This document shows, in pieces, positions 21,050 to 27,504 of a stretch of 64,000 nt of DNA; positions within the stretch are counted from its first letter, which is position 1; every line of letters begins with the position of its first letter. The notes under the pieces are model-generated. The model saw only the letters and a program-made list of their open reading frames with translations, was not told the origin of the DNA and made no database searches. A program made the position numbers and the translations under genes. The DNA lies in the IMG/VR virus record IMGVR_UViG_3300025126_000016, positions 10,264-74,263 of that record; one strand, written 5' to 3'. The stretch is from a virus. Its lineage: Duplodnaviria; Caudoviricetes.

Positions 21050-21334
21050 TTACTCCTCATAGAAGGTTGATTCATCCTTCGCTCGCTGTCGGTCGATAGA
21101 CTCGATAGCAGCTACAGCGATACTGGCAACCTTCACCATACACTTGCGAAACTCATCTGTCACGGTGGTTTCGAGTGGTAGGAACGTGCCCTTCATCCAT
21201 CGGGTAGCGTACTGCCCGATGTAAGCGGCCCACATCCAAGGGGTGTTCTTGGTATCATCCGTCTCGGTGCCCCACTTTTCGTTCTGGTAGTCACGCTCGG
21301 CGTTGATTTCGTTGTAAATGTCCATTCGGTTCAT
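21050..21334 (-). CDS. Hypothetical phage protein
   Basis: 94 aa, ERDYQNEKWG motif common in phage helical proteins. Confidence 0.6.
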   Translation of the reverse strand: MNRMDIYNEINAERDYQNEKWGTETDDTKNTPWMWAAYIGQYATRWMKGTFLPLETTVTDEFRKCMVKVASIAVAAIESIDRQRAKDESTFYEE

Positions 21335-21335
21335 A

Positions 21336-21578
21336 TCAAAACTCCAATCCTGATTTGTCGAATGAAATAGCCAGCCAGCCTTTTGAGGGAATGTGGGCTA
21401 CTCCTGCAGAATCGATCACTCGGTGTGAATCTGGGTCTGACTCTTTCACGTAGAGTGTCTCGGGGCCGTAGATAGTGTAGACCACACCGTCTGGATAATG
21501 GTACCTCCGATTTACTTCTTGATAGATGTTGTGCATCTTGAAGCCATCGAGGTTCTTATCGTCGCTAAACATCAGCAT
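21336..21578 (-). CDS. Hypothetical protein
   Basis: 80 aa in tightly coupled gene run. Confidence 0.55.
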   Translation of the reverse strand: MLMFSDDKNLDGFKMHNIYQEVNRRYHYPDGVVYTIYGPETLYVKESDPDSHRVIDSAGVAHIPSKGWLAISFDKSGLEF

Positions 21579-22111
21579 TTCTTCCCGTCAGCTTTGAGCC
21601 GGTTTTCGACTTTGTGATCGGCTCTCTTTGCGTTGTAATCCTTCTTCGCATTGATAACTTCCATGAGGTCAAAGTCGTAGACCTCGGCAATGCGGAAAAG
21701 GGTGGCGTAGGCGTCCTGAACTGCCTCGTGGTATTTCTCGGTGTTGCTCTTGCGGTATCCCTCAAGGGCGTGACCGGAAATCAGGACTACGACCGTCATG
21801 AGGTCGTTCAGCGGATTGCCGACAACAGCCTGAGACTCGCCTACGTCTAGATCAATTTGGTCTGCGCCAGCCAAATCCAGAATTCGGATGGCTGCGTCAG
21901 CAATTTCGACATGGAATGCAGGGTAGTCAGGAAGATGGCCATCGGGGTCAAATCCGTCTGTGTATGCCTCGACTAGCTCGCTTGTAATCAGGCATAGCAT
22001 TTCGGGGCGGTTACGGGTCTCAAGAATCGAAGTGTTGGTCTTGAGGTCTGTCCACCAGCCTGCCGTAACATTAGCTTGGTGGGTTTCGTCGCGTAGTAGA
22101 TTATGGTTCAT
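21572..22111 (-). CDS. MazG-like nucleotide pyrophosphohydrolase
   Basis: LITSELVEA...EIADAAIRILD and KKDYNAKRADH motifs. Confidence 0.75.
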   Translation of the reverse strand: MNHNLLRDETHQANVTAGWWTDLKTNTSILETRNRPEMLCLITSELVEAYTDGFDPDGHLPDYPAFHVEIADAAIRILDLAGADQIDLDVGESQAVVGNPLNDLMTVVVLISGHALEGYRKSNTEKYHEAVQDAYATLFRIAEVYDFDLMEVINAKKDYNAKRADHKVENRLKADGKKC

Positions 22112-22160
22112 AGGGGTTCCTTTCCATCTATGGAGGAACCCCCTATGTCAGATGATGGGG

Positions 22161-22985
22161 TCAGTTGTCAAGATACTGATTGGCTACAAAGCCCACTTTA
22201 TTTTTGTACTTGACCTTGTCCCAGCCCGGATAGATGTTGTGATCCAGTACCTGCACGTTGTATCCGACGTAGAGGTGGGTCAGAATCTTCGAGGTGTAGC
22301 TGGCTCGCTCACGAAGTCGTAGTCCATTCGCGGTGACTTTCGCTGTTCCTTCTGCGGGAGCCTTTTTGGTGGGCGTGGGAGTGGGGGACGAAACTGCGAC
22401 TTCGTTGACATACTTCTCCTTCATCTTTGCCATGAACTCGTCGAGGGCAGGGCCGGGGTCCTGCTTACGACCGGGTGCTACATCTTCGTGCCCGACGATA
22501 TCCTTGATGTCGTACTCGGCGCAAATGGCTGCGATCACTTCCTCGGTAGCCTCAAGCTGAGGGACCTTGTAGGTTTCCCAATGTGACAGACCATTGCGGT
22601 CGCCGTGGAAAATGTGCTCGGAAGGTACTGTAGTTCCAGCGTGGGTCTTGCCGTTTTTCAGCCAGCCCCAATTGTCGATTTCAATTCCGATGGAGAACGC
22701 GTTTACATTCTTGCGTCCATTGTAGTTCGAAGAACCTGCATGCCACGCCCGACGGTTGAAAGGCACGATCTGGTGGATCGATCCGTTACGTCCAGTCACG
22801 ACATGAGCGGATGCTCGGCTTGAGGCACGGCTCAGGTAAGAGGCGTCTCCCTCTCCATCTTCCCCTCCTGAGGCGGTGTAGTGAAGCACGATAATCTCGG
22901 GCTTGATTGTTCCACTGCTCACGTTCGGAGACTGGATGGAAGTGTCGACCTTTGGGTCGCTAAGCATGTGGTTCTGAATCTTCAT
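22161..22985 (-). CDS. Endolysin: N-acetylmuramoyl-L-alanine amidase (Amidase_2) with C-terminal SH3b domain
   Basis: IVLHYT, SAHVV, RAWHAG, SIGIEI, GHEDVAPGRKQDPG; SH3b LRLRE...GFVANQYL; likely start MKIQNH at 22985. Confidence 0.92.
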   Translation of the reverse strand: MKIQNHMLSDPKVDTSIQSPNVSSGTIKPEIIVLHYTASGGEDGEGDASYLSRASSRASAHVVTGRNGSIHQIVPFNRRAWHAGSSNYNGRKNVNAFSIGIEIDNWGWLKNGKTHAGTTVPSEHIFHGDRNGLSHWETYKVPQLEATEEVIAAICAEYDIKDIVGHEDVAPGRKQDPGPALDEFMAKMKEKYVNEVAVSSPTPTPTKKAPAEGTAKVTANGLRLRERASYTSKILTHLYVGYNVQVLDHNIYPGWDKVKYKNKVGFVANQYLDN

Positions 22986-22998
22986 GGGGGCCGATATA

Positions 22999-23264
22999 CT
23001 ACTCTTCTGACTTCGAGTCAATAATTCTAAGCAAACCGCCCATAGTTGCATCAAGCTTTTCATGTAATCGTTCCTCTCGGGGTTCTTCTGCTCTAAAAAT
23101 TGCTTGTGCCAGTACCATTGCTCCACCAGCCAATACGGCATCGTACCAAGTCTTCGGATCGGTATAAATCCAATAAGCCGTGAGGCGATTGCTGCCCACA
23201 TCGCAAAAGGTGACGCTAATGCGTGTACCACCTTTTCGGTTATCGGATGAAAGGCTCGACTCAT
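22999..23264 (-). pseudogene. Holin-like membrane protein split by a -1 frame discontinuity near 23185
   Basis: MSRAF...FAMWAAIA (frame A) joined to LTAYW...LHEKLD (frame B) gives a two-TM protein resembling Fet4/DUF1003-type proteins. Confidence 0.5.
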
Positions 23265-23335
23265 CGCATTTCCCTTGGGTTAACGTACTTGGCTCTGTAT
23301 CTGGCTCGATCCTTCAACAGTAACAGGAGTTAGGT

Positions 23336-23659
23336 TTGACTGACAGTGACGTAAAAGAATTAGCAAATGTAATATACCACGAGGCCCGAGGAGAGTCTAG
23401 GCAAGGCCAGATCGCTGTAGGGCAGGTTGTTATGAACCGCGTGGCCGATCCCAGATACCCGAACACGATCCGAGGGGTGATCTGGCAACCGAAACAGTTT
23501 TCGAATATGCGTTATCACGGCAATTGGAGACGCTGTGAGGGGGTCGCTCGGGAGGTTTTGAGCGGCGAATGCGAAGCAGTGGTCGGAAATTCGTTGAGTT
23601 TTCGGTCATTTCGGCCCAAAAATTACCGATATCGGGTCGGAAATCACTATTTTTTCTGA
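23336..23659 (+). CDS. SleB-like cell wall hydrolase (Hydrolase_2)
   Basis: LANVIYHEARGE, VGQVVMNRV, YPNTIRGVIWQPKQFS, VGNHYF motifs; TTG start with AGGAG. Confidence 0.9.
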   Translation: MTDSDVKELANVIYHEARGESRQGQIAVGQVVMNRVADPRYPNTIRGVIWQPKQFSNMRYHGNWRRCEGVAREVLSGECEAVVGNSLSFRSFRPKNYRYRVGNHYFF

Positions 23660-23673
23660 TTTTCAACAATTTA

Positions 23674-23713
23674 GGCCCTAATGACGCGTGTATTGGTCAT
23701 TAGGGCCTTTTTT
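23674..23713 (+). terminator. Intrinsic terminator between convergent sleB-like gene and tRNA cluster
   Basis: 12-bp stem GGCCCTAATGAC/GTCATTAGGGCC plus T-tract. Confidence 0.75.
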
Positions 23714-23801
23714 GACTCATGCATGAGTCAATGTTCCCGTTCGGGGTAATTTTAGGGGTTTGGGCCTGAATCTGGCTCTTTTGTTCCCGTTCGGGAAAAA
23801 T

Positions 23802-23887
23802 TGGTGCGTCTGGGAGGACTCGAACCTCCAAAGGTATCTGTGTTTGAAACAGTGCCGTATTCCAGTTCCGACTTAGCCCACAGACGC
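23802..23887 (-). tRNA. trnL: tRNA-Leu(CAA), expanded D region and shortened variable arm
   Basis: GCGTCTG/CAGACGC acceptor, A73-CCA, loop TTCAAAC, T-arm GGAGG-TTCGAGT-CCTCC. Confidence 0.8.
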
Positions 23888-23892
23888 GAAAA

Positions 23893-23978
23893 TGGTAGGA
23901 GCGGCGAGACTCGAACTCGCAAAGGTCACCGCTTCTAAGGCGGCGGGGTATTCCATTTTCCACTTAGCCCACGCTCCC
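23893..23978 (-). tRNA. trnL: tRNA-Leu(TAG), expanded D region and shortened variable arm
   Basis: GGGAGCG/CGCTCCT acceptor, loop CTTAGAA, A73-CCA. Confidence 0.85.
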
Positions 23979-23992
23979 ACATGGTTTTGGAT

Positions 23993-24077
23993 TGGTCCGT
24001 GGGTGTGGACTCGAACCACTCCCGTTTCCGGTCACGTTTTACAGACGATCTGCTGGAACCCCCAGCTTTACCCACGG
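23993..24077 (-). tRNA. trnY: tRNA-Tyr(GTA), atypical (C1-G72)
   Basis: CCGTGGG/CCCACGG acceptor, loop CTGTAAA, variable stem CCG-GAAA-CGG, A73-CCA. Confidence 0.75.
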
Positions 24078-24081
24078 ATTT

Positions 24082-24172
24082 TGGAGGAAGCAGCTGGTCC
24101 CTATCCAGATGCCATATCTCAGGCACGTACGGATTAGCAATCCGTCCCAGACAGGTGTCTGGTTCTGCTTCC
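24082..24172 (-). tRNA. trnS: tRNA-Ser(GCT), atypical T-loop and D-arm
   Basis: GGAAGCA/TGCTTCC acceptor, ACGGA-TTGCTAA-TCCGT anticodon arm, long variable arm, T-loop ATAGGGA, U73-CCA. Confidence 0.7.
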
Positions 24173-24182
24173 GTGTCAATGT

Positions 24183-24239
24183 TGGAGGAGGGTAGAGGAA
24201 TCGAACCCCTAGGGATTTCAAGACCCGTTTGCACCCTCC
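24183..24239 (-). tRNA. 57-nt tRNA-Ser(TGA)-like RNA lacking D-arm and variable arm
   Basis: GGAGGGT/ACCCTCC acceptor, loop CTTGAAA, T-arm AGGGG-TTCGATT-CCTCT, U73-CCA; only about 5 nt between acceptor and anticodon stems. Confidence 0.75.
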
Positions 24240-24264
24240 TTCGAGGGCAGACACATGCCCTCGG

Positions 24265-24318
24265 TCAGTCTAGGAGACTGAGTCGATAGGACGATAAAGG
24301 TGACAGGTTGTTTCTCAT
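24265..24318 (-). CDS. Leader peptide MRNNLSPLSSYRLSLLD (candidate attenuator uORF, probably leaderless)
   Basis: 17 codons, 10 Leu/Ser/Tyr; ATG 5 nt after the -10 box; stop 25 nt before the Ser/Ser/Tyr/Leu/Leu tRNA run. Confidence 0.7.
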   Translation of the reverse strand: MRNNLSPLSSYRLSLLD

Positions 24319-24323
24319 GGGGG

Positions 24324-24352
24324 TCAATTAGACGTTGATGGTTTCGTTGTCA
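24324..24352 (-). promoter_or_regulatory. Sigma70-like promoter for leader plus class II tRNA operon
   Basis: TTGACA-17 nt-TAATTG on minus strand, predicted +1 at or next to the leader AUG. Confidence 0.65.
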
Positions 24353-24849
24353 AGAGGGTACTTGACTGGTGTGCTTGGAATCCGCTTGATCCTCAAGGAC
24401 AGGAGCTTGACTAGGCGACTGAGCCAGTATCTCGATTCCAGTTCTTCCACGGTTACTCGGCGACGGGCAGCTTCCATGATGGTGTACCGTCTGTCTCCTA
24501 CCCAATAGCATTCTGCTGCGTGACCGAAGAGGTCGAAGTCATCAGAGTCCACCTTGCGAACGAAGACTGCACTCAGTCCCCAAGCAAGTAGCCCCAGTGC
24601 CGGATGCACGAACAGGGCAATGATCAATGCAGGGATAAAGCCGGGCACCCAAGTGATCCAGCTTTCGAAAATCTCATGGGCTGCGGTAGCCTGCCTGTCT
24701 TGGTTTCTTTCTCGGAACCAGTCCTCGTCTGCCAGCCAGAACCAGAATGGGTTGTTCGTACCCGAGGCTCCTTGGCGAAACTTGAATGGCCAGATGCCAA
24801 GCATTGGGCCGATGAGGAGGATGAAGGCAGTGAGGAAGAAATATGTCAT
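24328..24849 (-). CDS. Membrane protein
   Basis: Start MTYFFL; N-terminal and central hydrophobic segments. Confidence 0.6.
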   Translation of the reverse strand: MTYFFLTAFILLIGPMLGIWPFKFRQGASGTNNPFWFWLADEDWFRERNQDRQATAAHEIFESWITWVPGFIPALIIALFVHPALGLLAWGLSAVFVRKVDSDDFDLFGHAAECYWVGDRRYTIMEAARRRVTVEELESRYWLSRLVKLLSLRIKRIPSTPVKYPLDNETINV

Positions 24850-24902
24850 GAGCGCCTTATACCACTCAATATGCGATCTGCCAATAGGGGTGATTTTTGT
24901 AT

Positions 24903-24960
24903 CAAGTTGCAAACTTATTATATTTTTTTACTTTTCCTAGAGACTCTAAAATATATAATA
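24903..24960 (+). repeat. AT-rich 58-bp element, copy 1 of 3
   Basis: CAAGTTGCAAACTTATTATATTTT...GAGACTCTAAAATATATAATA; recurs at 28199 and 48427. Confidence 0.85.
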
Positions 24961-25074
24961 GAACCTAAATGTCATTCATCCTGAGTCAAGGTAAAGATGC
25001 TAAGGACTGATTTCCCGAGGCGTTTCCTTTCCGCCTTGAAGACCCAGAGACAATTGCGTGTCCTCTTTGGGTGT

Positions 25075-25160
25075 GAGAGCCAGGTCCAGATGCCTAAGGT
25101 CTTTTCGTCTTCACCTTGAGGTTGACACTGACACTGACACTGACACTGGACCTGGCTCTC
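25075..25160. repeat. 15-bp inverted repeat enclosing a (TGACAC)4 tandem repeat
   Basis: GAGAGCCAGGTCCAG 25075-25089 / CTGGACCTGGCTCTC 25146-25160; tandem 25123-25148. Confidence 0.85.
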
Positions 25161-25289
25161 CTCGATACGCAATCACATATATGCTGTGATGTATTTTCAG
25201 ATTTTCCAAAAATTATAATAAATCGGGACCTACCCCAGTATTGCGGGCGCACGCCTACGCGCACGCGAAAGGGTCCTACCCTTTCCCTT

Positions 25290-25645
25290 TATTTTTCAAC
25301 GACTTACGAGCAGAACCAGACCCACAGCCCGGCTAAGCCACTGAAAACAAAGGAGAAAACAAGACTTTACGGGGCAACCGCCGGTCAGCGCCACCAGAGG
25401 CAGAAAAGAAAAGCCTTATTTATCAATAGCTTACGCCTTTCGTTCATCTTGACCACGGCGAATTATGAACAGAAAAAAGCGTTTGTTTTCAGAGGCTTAT
25501 CATCGTTCATAAAACTCTAGGTTTTCCTGAACAGAATTAAAAGCGTTTGTTTTCAGAGGCTTAGAAGAGGGGCAATTACTGAACGGATTAAGGGAAAGCG
25601 TTCACTAACCCCAAAGAAAAATCAATGAAAACAAGCACTTGTCGA
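25290..25645. promoter_or_regulatory. Cluster of IHF-like sites with 25-bp direct repeat; candidate genome end/packaging region
   Basis: TATCAATAGCTTA (25421) fits WATCAANNNNTTR; variants near 25293, 25334 (minus), 25487, 25551, 25629; AAAAGCGTTTGTTTTCAGAGGCTTA at 25475 and 25539. Confidence 0.5.
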
Positions 25646-25807
25646 TTTAGTTTGCAATTTGCTTCCGCTCTGCTAGTTTCCAAACTCCAATTGAGACAAG
25701 CCACAGCGGGACGCTCCGCAAGGGCCTTGCCTCTCCATCGCCCGCAAGGGCAAACCAACTAGAAGCCTAGCTTCTGGAAGCGGGCAAGCTATGCCCAAAA
25801 CGAAAAT

Positions 25808-25824
25808 ATCGCATATTATGCGAT
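25808..25824. promoter_or_regulatory. Palindromic operator ATCGCATA-W-TATGCGAT, copy 1
   Basis: Same palindrome recurs within 26595-26627 and 26868-26892. Confidence 0.7.
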
Positions 25825-25844
25825 TTTGAATAGGGAATGAAAAA

Positions 25845-26585
25845 ATGACTGACTTTAATACGACACTCGCAAGTCTCGCAACCGCTGCAAAGAAAGCGGG
25901 TGAGGCTGAAAACAAGGTTGCAGAGAAAGCAACCGCACACGCACCGTTCGCTCTGGAAGCTATGCTCTCCGGCACAATGTCACTTGAGGGTTGGATCAAT
26001 GCCGCTTGTGACGCGGCAGGAGTGAAAAGCACTAAGGGCAAGCGCAATGCCGCCGCCCTACGGGAGAAAGGTTTCGGTGGCCTTTACAATATGGCAACCG
26101 CCCTCAAGTGGGTTGATGATAACCGCCTTCGGGAAACTGAAAATCAGACAACCGGCAACATTGCGGTTGACATTCTGGCCTATCAATTCTGCCGCATTGA
26201 TTGGAACGGTGACGTTGCAAGGGATTACCTTGTCTCGAAAGGTGAATTGCCTGCCGTAGCTAAGGGCATGGATGCTGAAACCGCCATTGCAACCGCCGCC
26301 GAAACCGGTGAGGAAAGCGAACGGCTCCAGCATAGCGTCGACTATCACGTGGCGATTAAAGCCCCTAGCACGTTCGCCGCTTTCTTGAAAGCCGCGAAGG
26401 CCGCTTGCAAGGTGGAAAGCACCTTTGCTGACAGGCTCGAAAAAATGGCGACGAAAATTGCCGAATTGGAAGCGGGTGACATTGCTGCAAGCCAAGCGGC
26501 ACTTGCCAAGCTATCCGATGCAATCGCAACCGCCGTTGCATCGCTGGCAACCGCCGAAACTGAAGCGGAAGTAGTCAACGGCTAA
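25845..26585 (+). CDS. Ala-rich hypothetical early protein
   Basis: 246 aa with RBS, first gene of the rightward early block. Confidence 0.75.
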   Translation: MTDFNTTLASLATAAKKAGEAENKVAEKATAHAPFALEAMLSGTMSLEGWINAACDAAGVKSTKGKRNAAALREKGFGGLYNMATALKWVDDNRLRETENQTTGNIAVDILAYQFCRIDWNGDVARDYLVSKGELPAVAKGMDAETAIATAAETGEESERLQHSVDYHVAIKAPSTFAAFLKAAKAACKVESTFADRLEKMATKIAELEAGDIAASQAALAKLSDAIATAVASLATAETEAEVVNG

Positions 26586-26594
26586 ACCTTGGAC

Positions 26595-26627
26595 GGGGAA
26601 AAATCGCATATTATGCGATTTTTCCCC
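26595..26627. promoter_or_regulatory. Palindromic operator copy 2 (16-bp-arm inverted repeat; may also terminate transcription)
   Basis: GGGGAAAAATCGCATA-T-TATGCGATTTTTCCCC. Confidence 0.7.
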
Positions 26628-26707
26628 TTCCCTTTTCGGGATTTTTCTTTCGCGCTCGCGTGTGGCGAGGGCGGCAGCAAATTCCTGGAGCCTAACGGAG
26701 AATCCGC

Positions 26708-27214
26708 ATGAAAAACAATTTCCAGCAATTTGCCAACTTTGGCAGTCCGTGGATCACGCCTGAGCAATACCGCGATGAAGAGCGGGATGCTGCCGATTTC
26801 ATGTGTGCGCCCGGTCGCCGCCGATCGGCCCGTCAATTCGTCGAGATACGGCAGCGGGACCAGATGCAAAAATCGCATAATATGCGATTTTCGGAAACCA
26901 AACCCCAAGTAGAAAAGAGCCAGAGCCAGTGCGCCCGAGTGCTATCAATCCGCAATCGCCTCGCCAGTCATGCGCCTGAACCGGCTGCACTGGCAGACTG
27001 GCAGCTTCAGAGCCGTGTGTTCGTCTCCACTAAGCGGGATGAGGCCGATGTGGCAACTGCGAAAAAACCCAAAGTGTTTCATGCGTATGATCGCAAGTTT
27101 CTTGCGCCGTTCAGGCGAGTGCTGAACCAGAGCCTGAAAGCACATATTATGTTTACGTATTATACGGACATTGTGCGTGAATTTGGCTCTGTCTCTGAAT
27201 TTTCTCAAGGTTGA
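26708..27214 (+). CDS. Hypothetical early protein (contains operator copy 3)
   Basis: 168 aa, GGAG RBS. Confidence 0.6.
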   Translation: MKNNFQQFANFGSPWITPEQYRDEERDAADFMCAPGRRRSARQFVEIRQRDQMQKSHNMRFSETKPQVEKSQSQCARVLSIRNRLASHAPEPAALADWQLQSRVFVSTKRDEADVATAKKPKVFHAYDRKFLAPFRRVLNQSLKAHIMFTYYTDIVREFGSVSEFSQG

Positions 27215-27227
27215 AAGGTAAGTTGTG

Positions 27228-27377
27228 ATGTGGAAAGTGTTTCTGCCTCTGTGTGTGGTTGCCGGTCTGTATCAGACTGACGGTCAATGGGATATTTTTG
27301 ACATAGCGTTCATTGGATTCGCTCTGTTTTCGGCTCTGGCTTGGGCTATGGATAGCGAGCGGCATCTGCCGCACTAG
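27228..27377 (+). CDS. Small membrane protein (49 aa)
   Basis: Hand translation MWKVFLPLCVVAGLYQTDGQWDIFDIAFIGFALFSALAWAMDSERHLPH. Confidence 0.5.
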   Translation: MWKVFLPLCVVAGLYQTDGQWDIFDIAFIGFALFSALAWAMDSERHLPH

Positions 27378-27504
27378 GGCATAAATGCCAAATGTTGGGA
27401 CAATTCACCGCATTGTGGTGGAAATTCCCAACTATTGGTAAAACCTGGATTTTTCACCTAGGGCCATAGGTCCGAAGCTTCAATAACTTTCTGGAGTAAC
27501 TATT

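Noticed and set aside
22986-23264. Treating the full 367-aa ORF as the normal endolysin
   Set aside because: Amidase domain starts at MKIQNH (22985); the upstream part is better explained by the overlapping membrane gene
23700-24289. ORF-track proteins overlapping the tRNA clusters (also 44090-45267)
   Set aside because: Translations of tRNA genes; the RNA structures explain the sequence
25100-25600. Possible CRISPR mini-array from the 25-bp direct repeats and hexamer tandem
   Set aside because: Only two 25-bp copies, IHF-like rather than CRISPR-like, and no cas genes in the window
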